64,000 nucleotides of DNA from Bacteroidota bacterium. Its GTDB lineage: Bacteria > Bacteroidota > Bacteroidia > AKYH767-A > 2013-40CM-41-45. Position numbers and translations under genes: made by a program. The stretch spans positions 9,914 to 73,913 of the forward strand of contig JANOVV010000028.1 of assembly GCA_031417555.1 (NCBI GenBank), in the 5' to 3' direction. The notes below the pieces were generated by a model that was not told the DNA's origin, ran no database searches, and saw only the letters and a list, made by a program, of their open reading frames with translations. This document shows, piece after piece, positions 20,451-31,152 of the stretch (position 1 is the first letter of the stretch; the number at the start of each line of letters is the position of its first letter).

Positions 20451-22235
20451 TTAAGAAGCAACATTATTTATTAATTTTTGTTTTATTGCTTTCATTTTTT
20501 CCGGATCTTCATTACGAATGAAATCTGTTAATTTTCCGTTTTCAATATGTAATATAACATTACAATAATCGAGTGTGTCCAACCTATGTGTTATCATAAA
20601 TGTTGTTCGTCCTTCCATTAATCGACCCATGGCATCCATAATAAGGGCCTCTGTTTTGATATCAACTGAACTTGTTGGTTCGTCAAGAATTAACACTGGT
20701 GCATTTTTTATAAATGCTCTTGCTAAAGAAATTCGTTGACGTTCCCCGCCGGATAATTGCATTCCCCTGTCTCCAACCAATGTGTCGAAACCATCCTTAC
20801 TTTTAACAATAAAATCATAAGCATTAGCAGATTTTGCTGCAGCTATAATTTCTTTTTCAGAAGCATCAGGTTTCCCATAACGAATATTTTCACTTATGGT
20901 TGTAGAAAACAAAACAGGTTCCTGTAAAACTATTGCGAATTGGTTTCTATAATCATCTAGTTTATATTTTTTCACATCTGTTCCATCAATGCATATAACA
21001 CCTTCGGTAGGATCGTAAAATCTGTTAAGAAGGCTGACAAGGGTTGATTTTCCTGCTCCGGTAGAACCCATTATTCCAACTCTTTCACCGGCTTCAATAT
21101 GAAAAGATATATTTTTTAAAATGGGAGTTTCTTTCTTATAAGAAAATGAAATATCTTTAAATGTAAACGAGCCTGTTGCTTTTGATAAATGTATTGCTTG
21201 TGGATTTTCAGGAACTTCCTTTTCATGATCAAGCATGCTTATTACTCTATCAATGCTTGCAATGGAAGATTGAATATCGTTTAAATTTTTACTGATATTT
21301 TGTAATGGCCCGAAAACCTGAGCGAGATAAGCAATAACAAGTGTTAATTCACCCAATGTCATTTTACCGGTTCTTACATAATCAGCACCTAAATAAATAA
21401 ATAATGCTGTAGCAATTGAGAAAATAATGCCGACAATTAAATTGAAAACAGAAATTGACCAGGCAACTTTTAACTGACCTTTTATAGCTTGGCCTGCCCT
21501 GTTAATAAATCTTTGTTCCTCATAATCTTCCCTGCCGAATGCTTTAACCACTCGAAGCGAATTTAAAACTTCATGGACTACTGACATTGCTCCGCTTTCA
21601 TCTTCTTTCACTTTCTTCCAGTCTTTTTTTACTCTCGAAGTTGATAATTTTATTAAGAGCAATAATGGAGGAATTACGCAAACAGCTATAACTGCAAAAT
21701 GCCAGTTAAAGGAAAACATAACAACAATCATTGAAAGTAATGTGATAAAAGAAGAAAGAAGTGGAGAAGTTTGGTTTATTAAAAAAGAACGAATACTCAT
21801 TGAGTCGTATTGTATCCTGTACAAAGAGTCAGAAGTCCCTTTTTGATCGTGATAAATAAGAGATAACCGTTGAATGTGATTGAAAAGTTGCGTACGAAAA
21901 CTGAGTACAATCTTTTCTCCGGTGAATGTTTCAAGAATCCAAATAGTGAGACTATATATGTTTTCAATTAAAGCAACAAAAATCACCATACCGGCAGAAA
22001 TAGCAACAACAACACTAAAGCTAAATTCAAAATTTGTTTGAAAAAAAAAGGCAATGAATTTTGGAACCGGTTGAGAACCAAAACCACTATCAATTAGTAT
22101 TTTAAGAGCAAAAGGTTTGAGCAAAGCAATGGGAGCTGCAATCAAATTAAGGAAAAACAAACATATTAGATGAGGCCAGTATGTGCGAACTTGCGATAAA
22201 ATTCTTTTAATTATTTTGAAAGCCGGGTTATTCAT
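20451..22235 (-). CDS. ABC exporter with fused permease and ATPase
   Basis: Transmembrane domain, Walker A GSTGAGKS, LSGGERQR signature and LILDEPTS. Confidence 0.93.
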   Translation of the reverse strand: MNNPAFKIIKRILSQVRTYWPHLICLFFLNLIAAPIALLKPFALKILIDSGFGSQPVPKFIAFFFQTNFEFSFSVVVAISAGMVIFVALIENIYSLTIWILETFTGEKIVLSFRTQLFNHIQRLSLIYHDQKGTSDSLYRIQYDSMSIRSFLINQTSPLLSSFITLLSMIVVMFSFNWHFAVIAVCVIPPLLLLIKLSTSRVKKDWKKVKEDESGAMSVVHEVLNSLRVVKAFGREDYEEQRFINRAGQAIKGQLKVAWSISVFNLIVGIIFSIATALFIYLGADYVRTGKMTLGELTLVIAYLAQVFGPLQNISKNLNDIQSSIASIDRVISMLDHEKEVPENPQAIHLSKATGSFTFKDISFSYKKETPILKNISFHIEAGERVGIMGSTGAGKSTLVSLLNRFYDPTEGVICIDGTDVKKYKLDDYRNQFAIVLQEPVLFSTTISENIRYGKPDASEKEIIAAAKSANAYDFIVKSKDGFDTLVGDRGMQLSGGERQRISLARAFIKNAPVLILDEPTSSVDIKTEALIMDAMGRLMEGRTTFMITHRLDTLDYCNVILHIENGKLTDFIRNEDPEKMKAIKQKLINNVAS

Positions 22236-22324
22236 TGATAATATATTCCTGTTGATGTTTACTTTTCACTATTTATTTAAAATTAAAACTTATATAAATT
22301 AAAAATATTTTTTTGAAATCAATA

Positions 22325-23026
22325 TTAAAAAGGTATGCCTTCAAAAGTACAGAGTTGAACTTCTGATTTTAATAATGTTTCTACAACGCTATTCGAACAT
22401 AAACTATTTATTTCTATTTCTCGTTCAATTTTATACATAGTTTGAAATTCAATATCCTCACCGGGATGGCAGGCTAATTCTGTTATACCTTCAGGGAGTG
22501 TAGATATTATTCTTTTAAGGTTATTAATACTTATGCCTTCGTGAAAGGGAGAACTATCAGATAATTGCCCGTAAAATTCACCACAATATTTTACATTTTT
22601 TGAACAACTACGAAGAGTAATATTTAATTTAAGAGCCATTTCAAGAAAAACAGTTTTTATATTTTCATTTTTATGTACATGCTGGTGAGAATCTATATGT
22701 GAGGGATTCTTACCGTGAATGCGGTAAAAAGCTTCCAGTTGTTTATTTAATTCTTCCTTTACCGCTAATACATCATCACTTGAAACAACTTCATAAACAG
22801 TAGCCCATTCATTATTTCTTAAAATCCATTCTCCAAGATCAACATGCAGACCTAAATCAAGATTATTTCGTTTTGCATAAGCTGAAGCCGCATATGCAGC
22901 AGGGTAACGTACCATTAAACTGGCACTAGTAAGTATACCTTGCTCAAATGCTTTTATAATGCCTTTATTTACACCTTCGGATTGACCGAAATCATCAGCA
23001 TTAACAATTAATTTTTTTTTACTCAT
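22325..23026 (-). CDS. YdjC/ChbG/HpnK-family carbohydrate deacetylase
   Basis: LIVNADDFG, GLH, HIDSHQHVH and ELACHPG motifs. Confidence 0.9.
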   Translation of the reverse strand: MSKKKLIVNADDFGQSEGVNKGIIKAFEQGILTSASLMVRYPAAYAASAYAKRNNLDLGLHVDLGEWILRNNEWATVYEVVSSDDVLAVKEELNKQLEAFYRIHGKNPSHIDSHQHVHKNENIKTVFLEMALKLNITLRSCSKNVKYCGEFYGQLSDSSPFHEGISINNLKRIISTLPEGITELACHPGEDIEFQTMYKIEREIEINSLCSNSVVETLLKSEVQLCTFEGIPF

Positions 23027-23029
23027 AAC

Positions 23030-24244
23030 TTATAATCCTAAGTCTATCAACACTTTTTCCATCACCTTTTCTGCTTTAAAATATTCTTCGGCAATTTCCC
23101 GGGCAGCTTGACTATGTTTATCATAATCACTGTTTATTTTATCAACCGCACTAAGTATTTCATCCATTGTATTGAAAGAAAATAATCCTTCACCGGTTGG
23201 AAGTATATTTCCAAAACCGGTGTCTTGTGTAATAACCGGTCGTGCCGCAGCCAGATAGCATGCACTCCTTTCGCTAAACCATCCGCTTCTAAGTCGGATA
23301 TTTTGATCTTTTGCAAAAGAGAATTCCGCTCTCGAACTTAAAATATAATCACGGTACTTCCACGGGTCGGTTGTAAAAGAAGGCCCATCAATTAATTTCC
23401 ATCCATTCGATGTAAGCAGTTTATATTCGTCTGAAGCAAGACCATAGGAAGGAACTTCCGTTGTATTTTCATGTTTAGTACTTTCAAGGCTGGCAAGGTT
23501 CATTGCTATTTCAAAAGGCTGACTTGTTTTTTTTGGAAGATCAATAAATTTCATAAACTCATGATGTTTACTCCAGTAATATGTTTCTCCTTTAAATTCA
23601 ATATCACGCCCGGCTTGTTTCCAATTTCCGACAGTAGTAAATTCTTTTTTAAAAGGAGCTCCTCCATTCCATAAATCCATAATTACAGGCTGCCTTGTCT
23701 TACCTCGCAGTCGAGGTAAAGACGGAACAGGGCAATCAGGGTTGCCAATATTCTCACCATATGTAATGACGTCCTGATGTTGATTAATGAAACTAACCGT
23801 CTCTTCTTCTCCTTTTGCAAATCTAATTTCAGGATAAACAGGATCTGTTCCATAATAAACCAGTCGACCTGTTTTTAAACCTTCTTCAGCAAACTTGGTT
23901 GATCCTGAAATATTAAAAACAACATCTGCATTAGCAAGAAAATCTTCTGCTTTCGATTTACTTAATCCAATCCATTCGTTATTTGAAAAACTGCAGCGGT
24001 ATGCCCAACTGTCTTCAATACCAAATTCAGAAAATAATTTTTTGAGATAAGGGATTGAATAGTCTGTATTATCTACACGGCTTTGTAAAATTGGATTGTA
24101 AGGCCAGGTTGATGATATTTCATAGTAATAAACATTGTGTCCAAGACGAATAAGACCTAAAAGTATTTGCATATGCATCCAGGCCATGCCGGCAAAAGGA
24201 TCTGAGGCCATAGTGCCTGCAACTACTATATTAAGTCTTTTCAT
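23030..24244 (-). CDS. Putative GT-B glycosyltransferase
   Basis: GWFSERSACYLAAARPVITQDTGF and AREIAEEYF resemble the GT-B C-terminal domain; glyco-cluster context. Confidence 0.6.
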   Translation of the reverse strand: MKRLNIVVAGTMASDPFAGMAWMHMQILLGLIRLGHNVYYYEISSTWPYNPILQSRVDNTDYSIPYLKKLFSEFGIEDSWAYRCSFSNNEWIGLSKSKAEDFLANADVVFNISGSTKFAEEGLKTGRLVYYGTDPVYPEIRFAKGEEETVSFINQHQDVITYGENIGNPDCPVPSLPRLRGKTRQPVIMDLWNGGAPFKKEFTTVGNWKQAGRDIEFKGETYYWSKHHEFMKFIDLPKKTSQPFEIAMNLASLESTKHENTTEVPSYGLASDEYKLLTSNGWKLIDGPSFTTDPWKYRDYILSSRAEFSFAKDQNIRLRSGWFSERSACYLAAARPVITQDTGFGNILPTGEGLFSFNTMDEILSAVDKINSDYDKHSQAAREIAEEYFKAEKVMEKVLIDLGL

Positions 24245-24392
24245 TAAATAAATTATTTCTGAATATAAAAATAGGAAAAATAATTTTTTACAGTTATGAA
24301 TTTCTAAAAGTCATCCATTTATTTATTTGAATAAAGCTGGAAAATTATTCTTTTATATTTCCGTTGGTTTTTAAAAATAATTTTTCTAACTA

Positions 24393-27038
24393 TTATTCTA
24401 CAATCTCCAAATCTTTTGAATCGGATTTTATTGCAGTTTTATTTGTAATTTCCTGCAATGCATGAAGAAGATTATTAGAATCAATATCAACATAGGGAAT
24501 TTCATTTGCTTCTTTTGAGCGTTCAGCTTTTATCGATTCCAACGAAGTATTTAGGTCAACAAATGTGAAAGAGTTTATGAGACTATTAGCAGAACGTGCG
24601 GTTTCTAAAAATACTATCATAACCATAAAACACATAATTGCAATCGATACAGAAGTTACAATATATTGTTCCGCAATCATTGCAAAAACAGATAATAGTA
24701 TTAGCAAAGCAGGAAGAATAAATTGGTTAATCGTATAATATGGCATACATTTAAATCTTAAATATTGCTTTCCTGCTCCATGTTCTTCTATAGTCATTAT
24801 TGCTCTGGCACGTCCTAAAAGTCCATTACGCACTTCGAAATCCCAATCCGCAAAATCATCCCCTCGTTTCACTCTGGTTTTATTATCTAAGAGGTTTTTT
24901 TCTATAAGTAAAAACCATTCTTCTGTTGATTTCCAATTCTCCGACCAATGTGTGATTACCCGTGAACCAAATCCATAATAAAACTTAGAATTTAATCCTA
25001 ATCCTCTCTTCCTCCATGGTGTTAGCCCATTTGTAAATCGACCATATAATCTTGCAACAGGTTGTAACATGTGTAATAAAACAATAAAAAATAAATATTT
25101 ATTATTTTTCTTTTGATCCGGTTGGAGAGAAGAATTTTTTCTGGTACTAATAGCAGCCTGAATAATTACAACAGCGATAGTAAAGAAAAATATTGGCCAC
25201 ATCCACATTAATGGACTCCATAAAAATCCAAGACTTCCCAATATTCCTACAAAAACAGAAATCAAATACCACTCAGGCATTAATGGAATAGAATGGAAAA
25301 AACTTTGAGTAGGCTGATACACCGATTGAAACAAAGAAGTTCCCCAGGTGCCGTGAAAAATTTTCTCTTTTTTTATTTTAATGGGAATGGTAAGTCCGTT
25401 TCCATAAATCCTTCCCGCCCAGGCCAGGTGCCCTAAGCTATTGTATTTCTCCGGCCATTTAGCTTCCAGTAATGCTTCAGCTTTGCCATACCCTTTTTGT
25501 TGTTTCCAATATGCTTTAAAAGAATTTCTTCTATGATGCCAAACCAATGCAGAAGGATGATACCCAATGGTACCTCCAGATTGTTGAATTCTCCAACAAA
25601 CATCTACATCATCACCGGCATTTCTGTATATGGGATCAAAACCTCCGATTTTTTTTAGAGCCTCTTTTTTAAATGACATATTGCAACCCGGAATATGTTC
25701 AGCGATCTCATCAGAAACTAGCACATGCACCGGACCACCGGGAGCATTTGCCACACACGTTGCTATAAAACCATCTCCAGCAGGGATTATGTTTGGGCCA
25801 CCTATTGATGCATGGTCGGTATTTGTGTAAGCATAGGCAAGGTAATTTAGCCAATCAACATCGGGATATGCATCATCATCAATATAAGCAATTATATCGC
25901 CCAGTGCAGCATTCATTCCGGTATTTCTAGCACTACTTAACCCTCTGTTCGGTGTACTAATTAATTTTACGGGATATTCTTTAACTATTGCTTCCAGATT
26001 ATCTTTCGATCCATCGTTTACTACTATTACTTCAAAATTTTTATAATTTAATTTTGAAATTTCCTCTATTGTTTCACGAATAGTTGCTGAACCATTGTAG
26101 GAACATACTACCACGGAAATAAATGGTTGTTCAATCTCATTCGGTAAAGGAATAGATTTCATAGCCTTTTGTACGGCAATTAATGCAGGCTTAATTTTAC
26201 GCTGTCGATCTACCAAACCAAAATCCCAATCTTCGATTTCAAAACCACCTCGCCACCATTCATCCGTCCAGGCAAATACAAACATCCCGGCACAACCTTT
26301 TCCAAATATAGTTTCAGTTTGCCATACTAATGTTTCGGCTTGTTTATCTACACCATTTCTATTGCTGTCTAATCCTATTTCGGCTAGTACTAGAGGACGA
26401 TCGCCCGAAAGATTATGCAAACGGGATAGATACCCGCTAAGTTTTTCTGGTGTTTCCAGATAAACATTGTAACAATCAAAATCCAGAAAACTTAGATCAA
26501 GATATTCCGTAGTTGGGTAATTAACATAAGTTACCAGACTTTTTGGATCGGCCAGCTTAACAGTATGGTAAAGTTGTTTTAAAAAATTTTCTATTTTTCT
26601 TTTACCATGCCAGCGTACTATTTGTGATGGAATTTCATTTCCAATTGTATAACACATAATAGCAGGATGTGCTTCACAGCTTATCACAGCCTCATTTATT
26701 TTTTTTAGGATATTGTTTTTTGTTTGATCGTTATCTAGAAATGTAATATGTTGCTCCCAAGGCAAGCCAACCATTACATTAATATTTTTTTCGAGAGCAA
26801 AATCGAGAAGATATTTTGGAGGTACAGTATAGGTTCTGATGCAATTAAACCCATACTCAGCCATCATGCCTAGATCTTTTTTTACAATTTCTACTTCAGG
26901 AAATTGATTGCCATCTTCTGTTGGTTTAAACGTTCCATACGTTACTCCTTTTAAATATAACTTTATACCATTCTTATAAAGGAACTTTCCTTTAACTTGA
27001 ATTTTTTCCGAATTCGTGTATTTTTCTTTGATGTTCAT
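24393..27038 (-). CDS. Clan GH-A-like TIM-barrel fused to a GT2 glycosyltransferase with membrane helices
   Basis: N-half has GNEIP and LAEIG (two candidate catalytic Glu). C-half has VVVCSYN, NDGS, DDD and GDDVD, followed by several TM helices. Confidence 0.8.
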   Translation of the reverse strand: MNIKEKYTNSEKIQVKGKFLYKNGIKLYLKGVTYGTFKPTEDGNQFPEVEIVKKDLGMMAEYGFNCIRTYTVPPKYLLDFALEKNINVMVGLPWEQHITFLDNDQTKNNILKKINEAVISCEAHPAIMCYTIGNEIPSQIVRWHGKRKIENFLKQLYHTVKLADPKSLVTYVNYPTTEYLDLSFLDFDCYNVYLETPEKLSGYLSRLHNLSGDRPLVLAEIGLDSNRNGVDKQAETLVWQTETIFGKGCAGMFVFAWTDEWWRGGFEIEDWDFGLVDRQRKIKPALIAVQKAMKSIPLPNEIEQPFISVVVCSYNGSATIRETIEEISKLNYKNFEVIVVNDGSKDNLEAIVKEYPVKLISTPNRGLSSARNTGMNAALGDIIAYIDDDAYPDVDWLNYLAYAYTNTDHASIGGPNIIPAGDGFIATCVANAPGGPVHVLVSDEIAEHIPGCNMSFKKEALKKIGGFDPIYRNAGDDVDVCWRIQQSGGTIGYHPSALVWHHRRNSFKAYWKQQKGYGKAEALLEAKWPEKYNSLGHLAWAGRIYGNGLTIPIKIKKEKIFHGTWGTSLFQSVYQPTQSFFHSIPLMPEWYLISVFVGILGSLGFLWSPLMWMWPIFFFTIAVVIIQAAISTRKNSSLQPDQKKNNKYLFFIVLLHMLQPVARLYGRFTNGLTPWRKRGLGLNSKFYYGFGSRVITHWSENWKSTEEWFLLIEKNLLDNKTRVKRGDDFADWDFEVRNGLLGRARAIMTIEEHGAGKQYLRFKCMPYYTINQFILPALLILLSVFAMIAEQYIVTSVSIAIMCFMVMIVFLETARSANSLINSFTFVDLNTSLESIKAERSKEANEIPYVDIDSNNLLHALQEITNKTAIKSDSKDLEIVE

Positions 27039-27403
27039 TATTTCTTTGTCTTTTTACTTCGAAATTAAATTAACTCTATTTTATTTTTTTTTAATGTTTA
27101 TGAATTGAATTATTTATGATTGAAATTGTTCTTTTTACGAGCTATTTTCCGTATTTTCTTAAAAGTTCCTTAACCAATGTTTACAAATTTAATTTTTTCT
27201 CTCAAATATGCTACTGTTTTTTACACCGATTGGCTTAATTTATAACCATAAATCAAATGAAAACTTCAAAATTTAAATAAAACATATGATATTTTGGTGA
27301 AATAAATGACAATCTTGGTGAAATTATCCGGAATGGATTAAAAATTATTAATTTACTTTCTTAAAATATATTATCATTATCCGGAAAACCAATTAAAAAT
27401 TCC

Positions 27404-29026
27404 ATGAAAAAATCTGTAATTGTTATTTTATTTTTTCTGACCAATCTGCTAATAATAAATGCCCAACCATCCATCCAATGGCAAAAGTCTTTCGGTGGCT
27501 CTCAAAGCGATGGCGCTTTTTCTATCTGTCAAACTAACGATGGCGGTTATGTTGTTACCGGTTATACCGAATCAAACGACAGCGATATTGCTTTATTTCA
27601 CGGCAATCAGGATTATTGGATTCTTAAATTAAATAATACAGGTTCGATCGAATGGCAAAAATCATTAGGTGGAACTGATAAAGATTTTTCTTTCTCTATT
27701 CAACAAACTTCTGATGGAGGTTATATTGTGGCAGGACAATCAATTTCAGATGATATTGATATTTCAGGAAATCATGGACAAGAAGATTATTGGATCGTAA
27801 AATTAAACAGCTCCGGAAATATTCAATGGCAAAAGTCGTTGGGAGGGAGTAATAATGATTATGCATATTCTATCATACAGACAATGAGTGGTGGATATAT
27901 TGTTGCCGGAACAACAAAATCAACAGATGGTGATATTTCATTTCATCATGGAACAATTGCTATACAATATGATTATTGGGTTGTCAACCTCGATAGTGCG
28001 GGTACTATTCTTTGGGAAAAAACATTAGGAGGTGGAAGCAATGATTTGGCAGAATGTGTAATTCAAACAACAGATAGCGGATTTGTTATTGCCGGACGAT
28101 CAAGTTCAACCGATGGAGAAGTAACAAACCATCATGGGACAACGCAATATTCTGACCTTTGGATTGTTAAACTAAATAATTCCGGAAATCTTCAATGGCA
28201 AAAATCATTAGGTGGATCACTAAATGACGGCGCATATTCCATTCAGCAAACATTGGATGGAGGATTTATTGCCGGTGGTACTTCTACTTCAAGTGATGGT
28301 GATGTAACTTTACATTACGGTTCATTTGTCGATAATGATATTTGGATTGTTAAAATTGATAGTGTTGGGAATTTAATATGGGAGAAAACATTGGGTGGCA
28401 CAGGTACCGATTGGTTGCATTACATCCAACAAACCAATGATGGCGAATACATTTTGGCCGGATATACCGGTTCTGATGACGGTGATTTGATGGGCTTGCG
28501 TGGAAGAGGTATTGATTATGATTCCTGGATTGTTAAATTAAGCAACATTGGAAATATGCAATGGCAGAAGGTCATGGGTGGTACTAAAGACGACATTGCA
28601 CGTTGTGTAAAACAAACAAATGATAATGGATTTATAGTTTCCGGATCATCAAGTTCAAGCAATGGTGACTTGACAAAAAATAATGGTAAATCAGATTTTT
28701 GGATTGTGAAATTAAGTTCTTTAGTAAATATAAATGAAACGCCAAATTCAATATTAAGTTTAGAAATTTCACCAAATCCATTTTCAAATAAAACTATTTT
28801 TTCTGTTAAGCATTCATTTTCCAAAGACGATAGAATAGAAATTCATTCTCTTGATGGAAGAATTGTAAATATTTTCAATAACTTAAAATTAAGTTATGGC
28901 GCTAATCAGTTTTCCTGGGATGGAACTTCCAAGGATGGAAGTAAAGTTGAAAATGGAATATATTTTATAACGGTTTATAGGGATAATATTTACGAAACTA
29001 AAAAAGTCGTAGTCTTAAACGATTAA
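27404..29026 (+). CDS. T9SS-sorted repeat protein (WQKSLGG / DYWIVKL repeats, propeller-like)
   Basis: Signal peptide, about 7 repeats of roughly 60 aa, and CTD ISPNPFS...GIYF...KKVVV. Confidence 0.85.
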   Translation: MKKSVIVILFFLTNLLIINAQPSIQWQKSFGGSQSDGAFSICQTNDGGYVVTGYTESNDSDIALFHGNQDYWILKLNNTGSIEWQKSLGGTDKDFSFSIQQTSDGGYIVAGQSISDDIDISGNHGQEDYWIVKLNSSGNIQWQKSLGGSNNDYAYSIIQTMSGGYIVAGTTKSTDGDISFHHGTIAIQYDYWVVNLDSAGTILWEKTLGGGSNDLAECVIQTTDSGFVIAGRSSSTDGEVTNHHGTTQYSDLWIVKLNNSGNLQWQKSLGGSLNDGAYSIQQTLDGGFIAGGTSTSSDGDVTLHYGSFVDNDIWIVKIDSVGNLIWEKTLGGTGTDWLHYIQQTNDGEYILAGYTGSDDGDLMGLRGRGIDYDSWIVKLSNIGNMQWQKVMGGTKDDIARCVKQTNDNGFIVSGSSSSSNGDLTKNNGKSDFWIVKLSSLVNINETPNSILSLEISPNPFSNKTIFSVKHSFSKDDRIEIHSLDGRIVNIFNNLKLSYGANQFSWDGTSKDGSKVENGIYFITVYRDNIYETKKVVVLND

Positions 29027-29109
29027 ATTGTTTTCGGGATTAATTTTTTATTTAATACTTAGCCATTCTAAATGTTTAATACATTGCAATCGATAACTAT
29101 AATAATTGT

Positions 29110-30213
29110 ATGACCGATTTTTTCATTGATCCCGATATTTCTATAGCCAAAACAATTGATACTGATTTTTATACAAGTACGGATATATTTAATTTGTGTA
29201 AAGAAAATATATTTGCTTCATCCTGGCAATTCATAGGTAATTCAGAACTGGTTAAAAAATCCGGAGATGTTTATCCATTTACACTAATTGAAAATTATTT
29301 GAATGAGCCTTTATTGCTAACGAAAGATAAGAGTGATAAAATTAACCTTCTTTCCAATGTTTGTACGCATCGGGGTAATATTTTAGTGGATAAAACTTGT
29401 AATCTTTCCGGACTTCGTTGCAATTATCACGGAAGAAAATTTTCACTCGACGGAAAGTTTTTGTCAATGCCGGAATTTAAGGAAGTCAAAAATTTCCCTG
29501 CCACAGATGACAATTTAATAAATCTGCCTTTGTTTCATTGGAATAAGTTATTGTTTACATCCCTTAACCCAAAGTTTTTACCCGAAATATTTTTCGGTGA
29601 TATGATGAAAAGAGTTAGCTGGATGCCTTTGGATGAGTTTATTTTTAAACCTGAGCTTGCAAAAGAATTTCATGTAAAAGCGAATTGGGCATTGTATTGT
29701 GAAAATTATCTCGAAGGGTTTCATATTCCTTTTGTACATTCCGGATTGAATGAGATAATCGATTTCGGAGAATATACAACTGAATTGTTTTTCCCTTACT
29801 CCAATCTTCAGATAGGAATTGCCAAAAATAAAAAAGATAGTTTTATTTTGCCAACCTCATCACCTGATTTTGGTAAAGATATTGCCGCTTATTATTTCTG
29901 GGTTTTTCCGAATATGATGTTTAATTTTTATCCATGGGGACTTTCAGTGAACATCGTTCAACCCGTTTCAGTAGATGAATGTAAAGTTATTTATCAAAGC
30001 TATGTTTGGGACGAATCAAAATTAAATACCGGAGCGGGTGTGGGCTTGGATAGAGTGGAGATGGAAGATGAAGAGATAGTAGAGAATGTTCAAAGAGGTG
30101 TCAAGTCGCGTTTCTACAAACAAGGAAGATATTCTGTGACAAGAGAAAAAGGACCTCATCATTTTCATAGTATTGCAGCAGAATTTTTAAAAGCTGGAAA
30201 TGAGAAAAAATAA
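29110..30213 (+). CDS. Rieske non-heme iron oxygenase alpha subunit, choline-monooxygenase-like
   Basis: Rieske ligands CTHRG...CNYHG; mononuclear Fe site ENYLEGFHIPFVH; ED....E.VQRG. Confidence 0.85.
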   Translation: MTDFFIDPDISIAKTIDTDFYTSTDIFNLCKENIFASSWQFIGNSELVKKSGDVYPFTLIENYLNEPLLLTKDKSDKINLLSNVCTHRGNILVDKTCNLSGLRCNYHGRKFSLDGKFLSMPEFKEVKNFPATDDNLINLPLFHWNKLLFTSLNPKFLPEIFFGDMMKRVSWMPLDEFIFKPELAKEFHVKANWALYCENYLEGFHIPFVHSGLNEIIDFGEYTTELFFPYSNLQIGIAKNKKDSFILPTSSPDFGKDIAAYYFWVFPNMMFNFYPWGLSVNIVQPVSVDECKVIYQSYVWDESKLNTGAGVGLDRVEMEDEEIVENVQRGVKSRFYKQGRYSVTREKGPHHFHSIAAEFLKAGNEKK

Positions 30214-30217
30214 ATGA

Positions 30218-30256
30218 CACAAAAAAAGGCTGAAGAATCTTCAGCCTTTTTTTGTG
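30218..30256. terminator. Bidirectional intrinsic terminator
   Basis: Perfect 19-bp inverted repeat CACAAAAAAAGGCTGAAGA/TCTTCAGCCTTTTTTTGTG between convergent genes. Confidence 0.9.
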
Positions 30257-30266
30257 GTGCTAAAAC

Positions 30267-30734
30267 TTAATTTTTATTATCTACCGTAATGTCTTTAAAG
30301 GCTTGTCCTAATTCATCCATATCATGATTAAATTCACGTTTGAAAGATTCCCAATCGCTTTGATTTTTCTCATAATTTACCAATCTTGCTTTAAGTTCAT
30401 TGTTTCTTTGCTCTAATGTTTCAATTCGTTTTTCATAGAGCCCGTCAAGTATCTTACCCGGTTTTTTCATTTTCACTTTTAACTCAGCAATACGATTTTC
30501 ATTATTTCTGATTTTTTCATCCGTTTCAATTTTAAATGCATTCCATTCTTCGGCACTGGCTACTTTTTGTGCTTCTTTATTGGCATCATCACGGACTTCT
30601 TTTAATTCTTCTTTGGCTTCTTGTACATTTTCTTTGGCATTTTCTTCTTTTTGTGAAGCGGACTGACAGCCGGTAAAAATTATACCTGATATTAGAGTAG
30701 ATGCAATTGCATAGGAAATGATTGTTTTTTTCAT
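30267..30734 (-). CDS. Charged coiled-coil lipoprotein
   Basis: Lipobox IFTGC; E/K-rich helices with WNAFK and WESFK repeats. Confidence 0.8.
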   Translation of the reverse strand: MKKTIISYAIASTLISGIIFTGCQSASQKEENAKENVQEAKEELKEVRDDANKEAQKVASAEEWNAFKIETDEKIRNNENRIAELKVKMKKPGKILDGLYEKRIETLEQRNNELKARLVNYEKNQSDWESFKREFNHDMDELGQAFKDITVDNKN

Positions 30735-30826
30735 TTTATATTTATTTAAATTTAGTTTTCGGCGATTAGAAATATCGTTTAACGGATTCCTCTGTTAAAC
30801 GACTACTTTTTTACAAAAGCGATTGA

Positions 30827-31012
30827 TTAAAGTGCATTGATTATTTGGTGTAATTCTTCTTTTGTTTTACCAAGTTTAACCTGGATTTTTCCAAACATCT
30901 CATCTTTTTTACCTTCTTCGAACATTAGATCATTGTCTGTTAATTGAGCATACTTTTGTTTCAATTTACCTTTTTGCTCATTCCAGTTTCCTTTTAATTC
31001 TGTAGTATTCAT
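30827..31012 (-). CDS. csbD: CsbD-family general stress protein
   Basis: [24 protein letters not shown]...[18 protein letters not shown]. Confidence 0.92.
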   Translation of the reverse strand: MNTTELKGNWNEQKGKLKQKYAQLTDNDLMFEEGKKDEMFGKIQVKLGKTKEELHQIINAL

Positions 31013-31085
31013 TTTTTTTATTTTTTAATTCCGTAAAATCGGAGACCGCATTTGGCGGGACAACAGTGAATTAATTTTCACCATG

Positions 31086-31152
31086 TAAAGTTGGGGCAAT
31101 TAGAAGCTTATTATGTTATATAATTATCATGAATGATTACATTATTCACACA
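31086..31152 (-). promoter_or_regulatory. Island promoter module, copy 1 (csbD)
   Basis: Plus-strand TTA cores at 31116 and 31137 (21 bp apart); -7 box CAACTTTA at 31086-31093 (offset 30). Confidence 0.8.
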
